A DNA stretch of 64,000 nucleotides from Psilocybe cubensis (taxonomy: Eukaryota). The notes under the pieces were generated by a model. It made no database searches. It had not been told where the DNA came from and worked only from the letters and a program-made list of their open reading frames with translations. Shown here piece by piece: positions 62,842-64,000 of this stretch; the first letter of the stretch is position 1, and each line of letters starts with the position of its first letter. Position numbers and translations under genes: made by a program. The DNA lies in NCBI GenBank assembly GCA_017499595.2, contig CM039006.1, positions 62,001-126,000 on the forward strand, written 5' to 3'.

Positions 62842-64000
62842 ATGTCCATACCGGAGCCTTCAGAACTGCAAATCGCCCATGACGTGGCGCAGAACCTTCT
62901 CGTTCGCAAGTGGTCTACCTGTACGATTCTTCAATTTCTTCTGCTTCGAGTAATCAAAGTATTCAGAGTTCAACGCAGTGGCATCCCTGTCAATCCTCCT
63001 CTATGAGCATGCCATTACATTGAATGACGAGCTTCATTATATTTGGAGGTGAGTCGGATATCAGTAAGATGCCCAGCGTTTCTGCCTTCTAGTACTAGTA
63101 GGCAAGCTAATATCAGTTTTCAGGCGACCCAAAACGTTAGTTCGGACCATCTACATATTTTCTCGATACATGGCAGTATTTGCTCAAAGGTCATTTTTTT
63201 CTTCCTCTCCAATCTTACCTAGCTGATAGTACCGAAGCCTCAACGTTTATCTAATATTCGGCCCCCTTTATGGGCCAGATATACAGGAGTCCACGTGTAA
63301 GAAATGGTTTGGGTTCCAGACATTTACGGCCTGCGCCCTCATGGAAGCACTGAATGTGATACTAATGATGAGAGGTATTTCTTTAAAACAATCTGACTTA
63401 ATTTTCCTCAGTGTCTCATCATTGAAGTGCAGTCTATGCTCTACATTATAAGAGATGGAGAGTGGGCATACCTCTTCTATCTCTTTTCGCCGGACAAGTC
63501 ATTATCGTGATAGTATTTGCTCCAAAATCTGTCTACGATATGACCTATAACCATGTATGCGATACAACGTACACACATCCTAGCTTTTTGCTCTTCGCGT
63601 AAGTTGGCCCTGTACTGTTTATGCGATGTGCAATGAAATACGAAGATTTGCAGAATATCTGTTGGGGTCACACATTTGACTATGGCGCTTCTGACAGCTG
63701 CGAGACAGGACCTCAGAAAGTTAGGAGTACCGGTCGTTCGGGTTGTTACACGCGATGGAGCATGGTCCTTGGTTATAGTCTGCAGTGTGTGACACTTTCT
63801 TTTCTCGAATCATCTTTTTTAATGACCAAATGATTATCTATAACTAGCTTTGTTCGCTGCCATAGTCCCTTATTCATATTCGCTTCACGTTGAGAAAGCC
63901 CATGTCGTCTTTGGGTACGCGCTGATAGCCTCATATCGACTAACAATTAACTAACTGTGCCGAAAAAATTGGTTTTGAAGGTGGCCAATTACGATCCTAT
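62842..64000 (+). CDS. DUF6533-like multi-pass membrane protein, paralogue 4 (runs off the window end)
   Basis: MSIPEPSELQIAHDVAQNLLVRKWST|VASLSILLYEHAITLNDELHYIWR, YIFSRY, VVRVVTRDG. Confidence 0.8.

Overview
Eukaryotic DNA with short (about 50-70 nt) introns and gene families typical of an agaricomycete (mushroom-forming) fungus. The centrepiece is a young, intact Ty3/Gypsy chromovirus-type LTR retrotransposon (8189-17317, minus strand). It has 431-bp LTRs differing at one position by my read, a GGTCG target-site duplication, a tRNA-Ala-type primer site and a single Gag-Pol ORF. In the env position it carries an unrecognised extra gene that appears to have its own TATA-like box and two canonical sense-strand introns (about 300 aa when spliced). 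The window also holds a divergent forkhead-like gene, a multiply deleted FHA/tail-anchor (VPS64/FAR10/SLMAP-like) pseudogene, and a NACHT-type fungal NLR whose first exon is a short putative amyloid-signalling motif. Further right are an atypical G-alpha lacking the catalytic Gln amid very repeat-rich DNA, two non-autonomous DNA transposon families, three F-box-like paralogues and four DUF6533-like membrane-protein paralogues around the conserved VPS74/GOLPH3 gene. All gene models were built by hand from splice signals and reading frames; no database searches were run.
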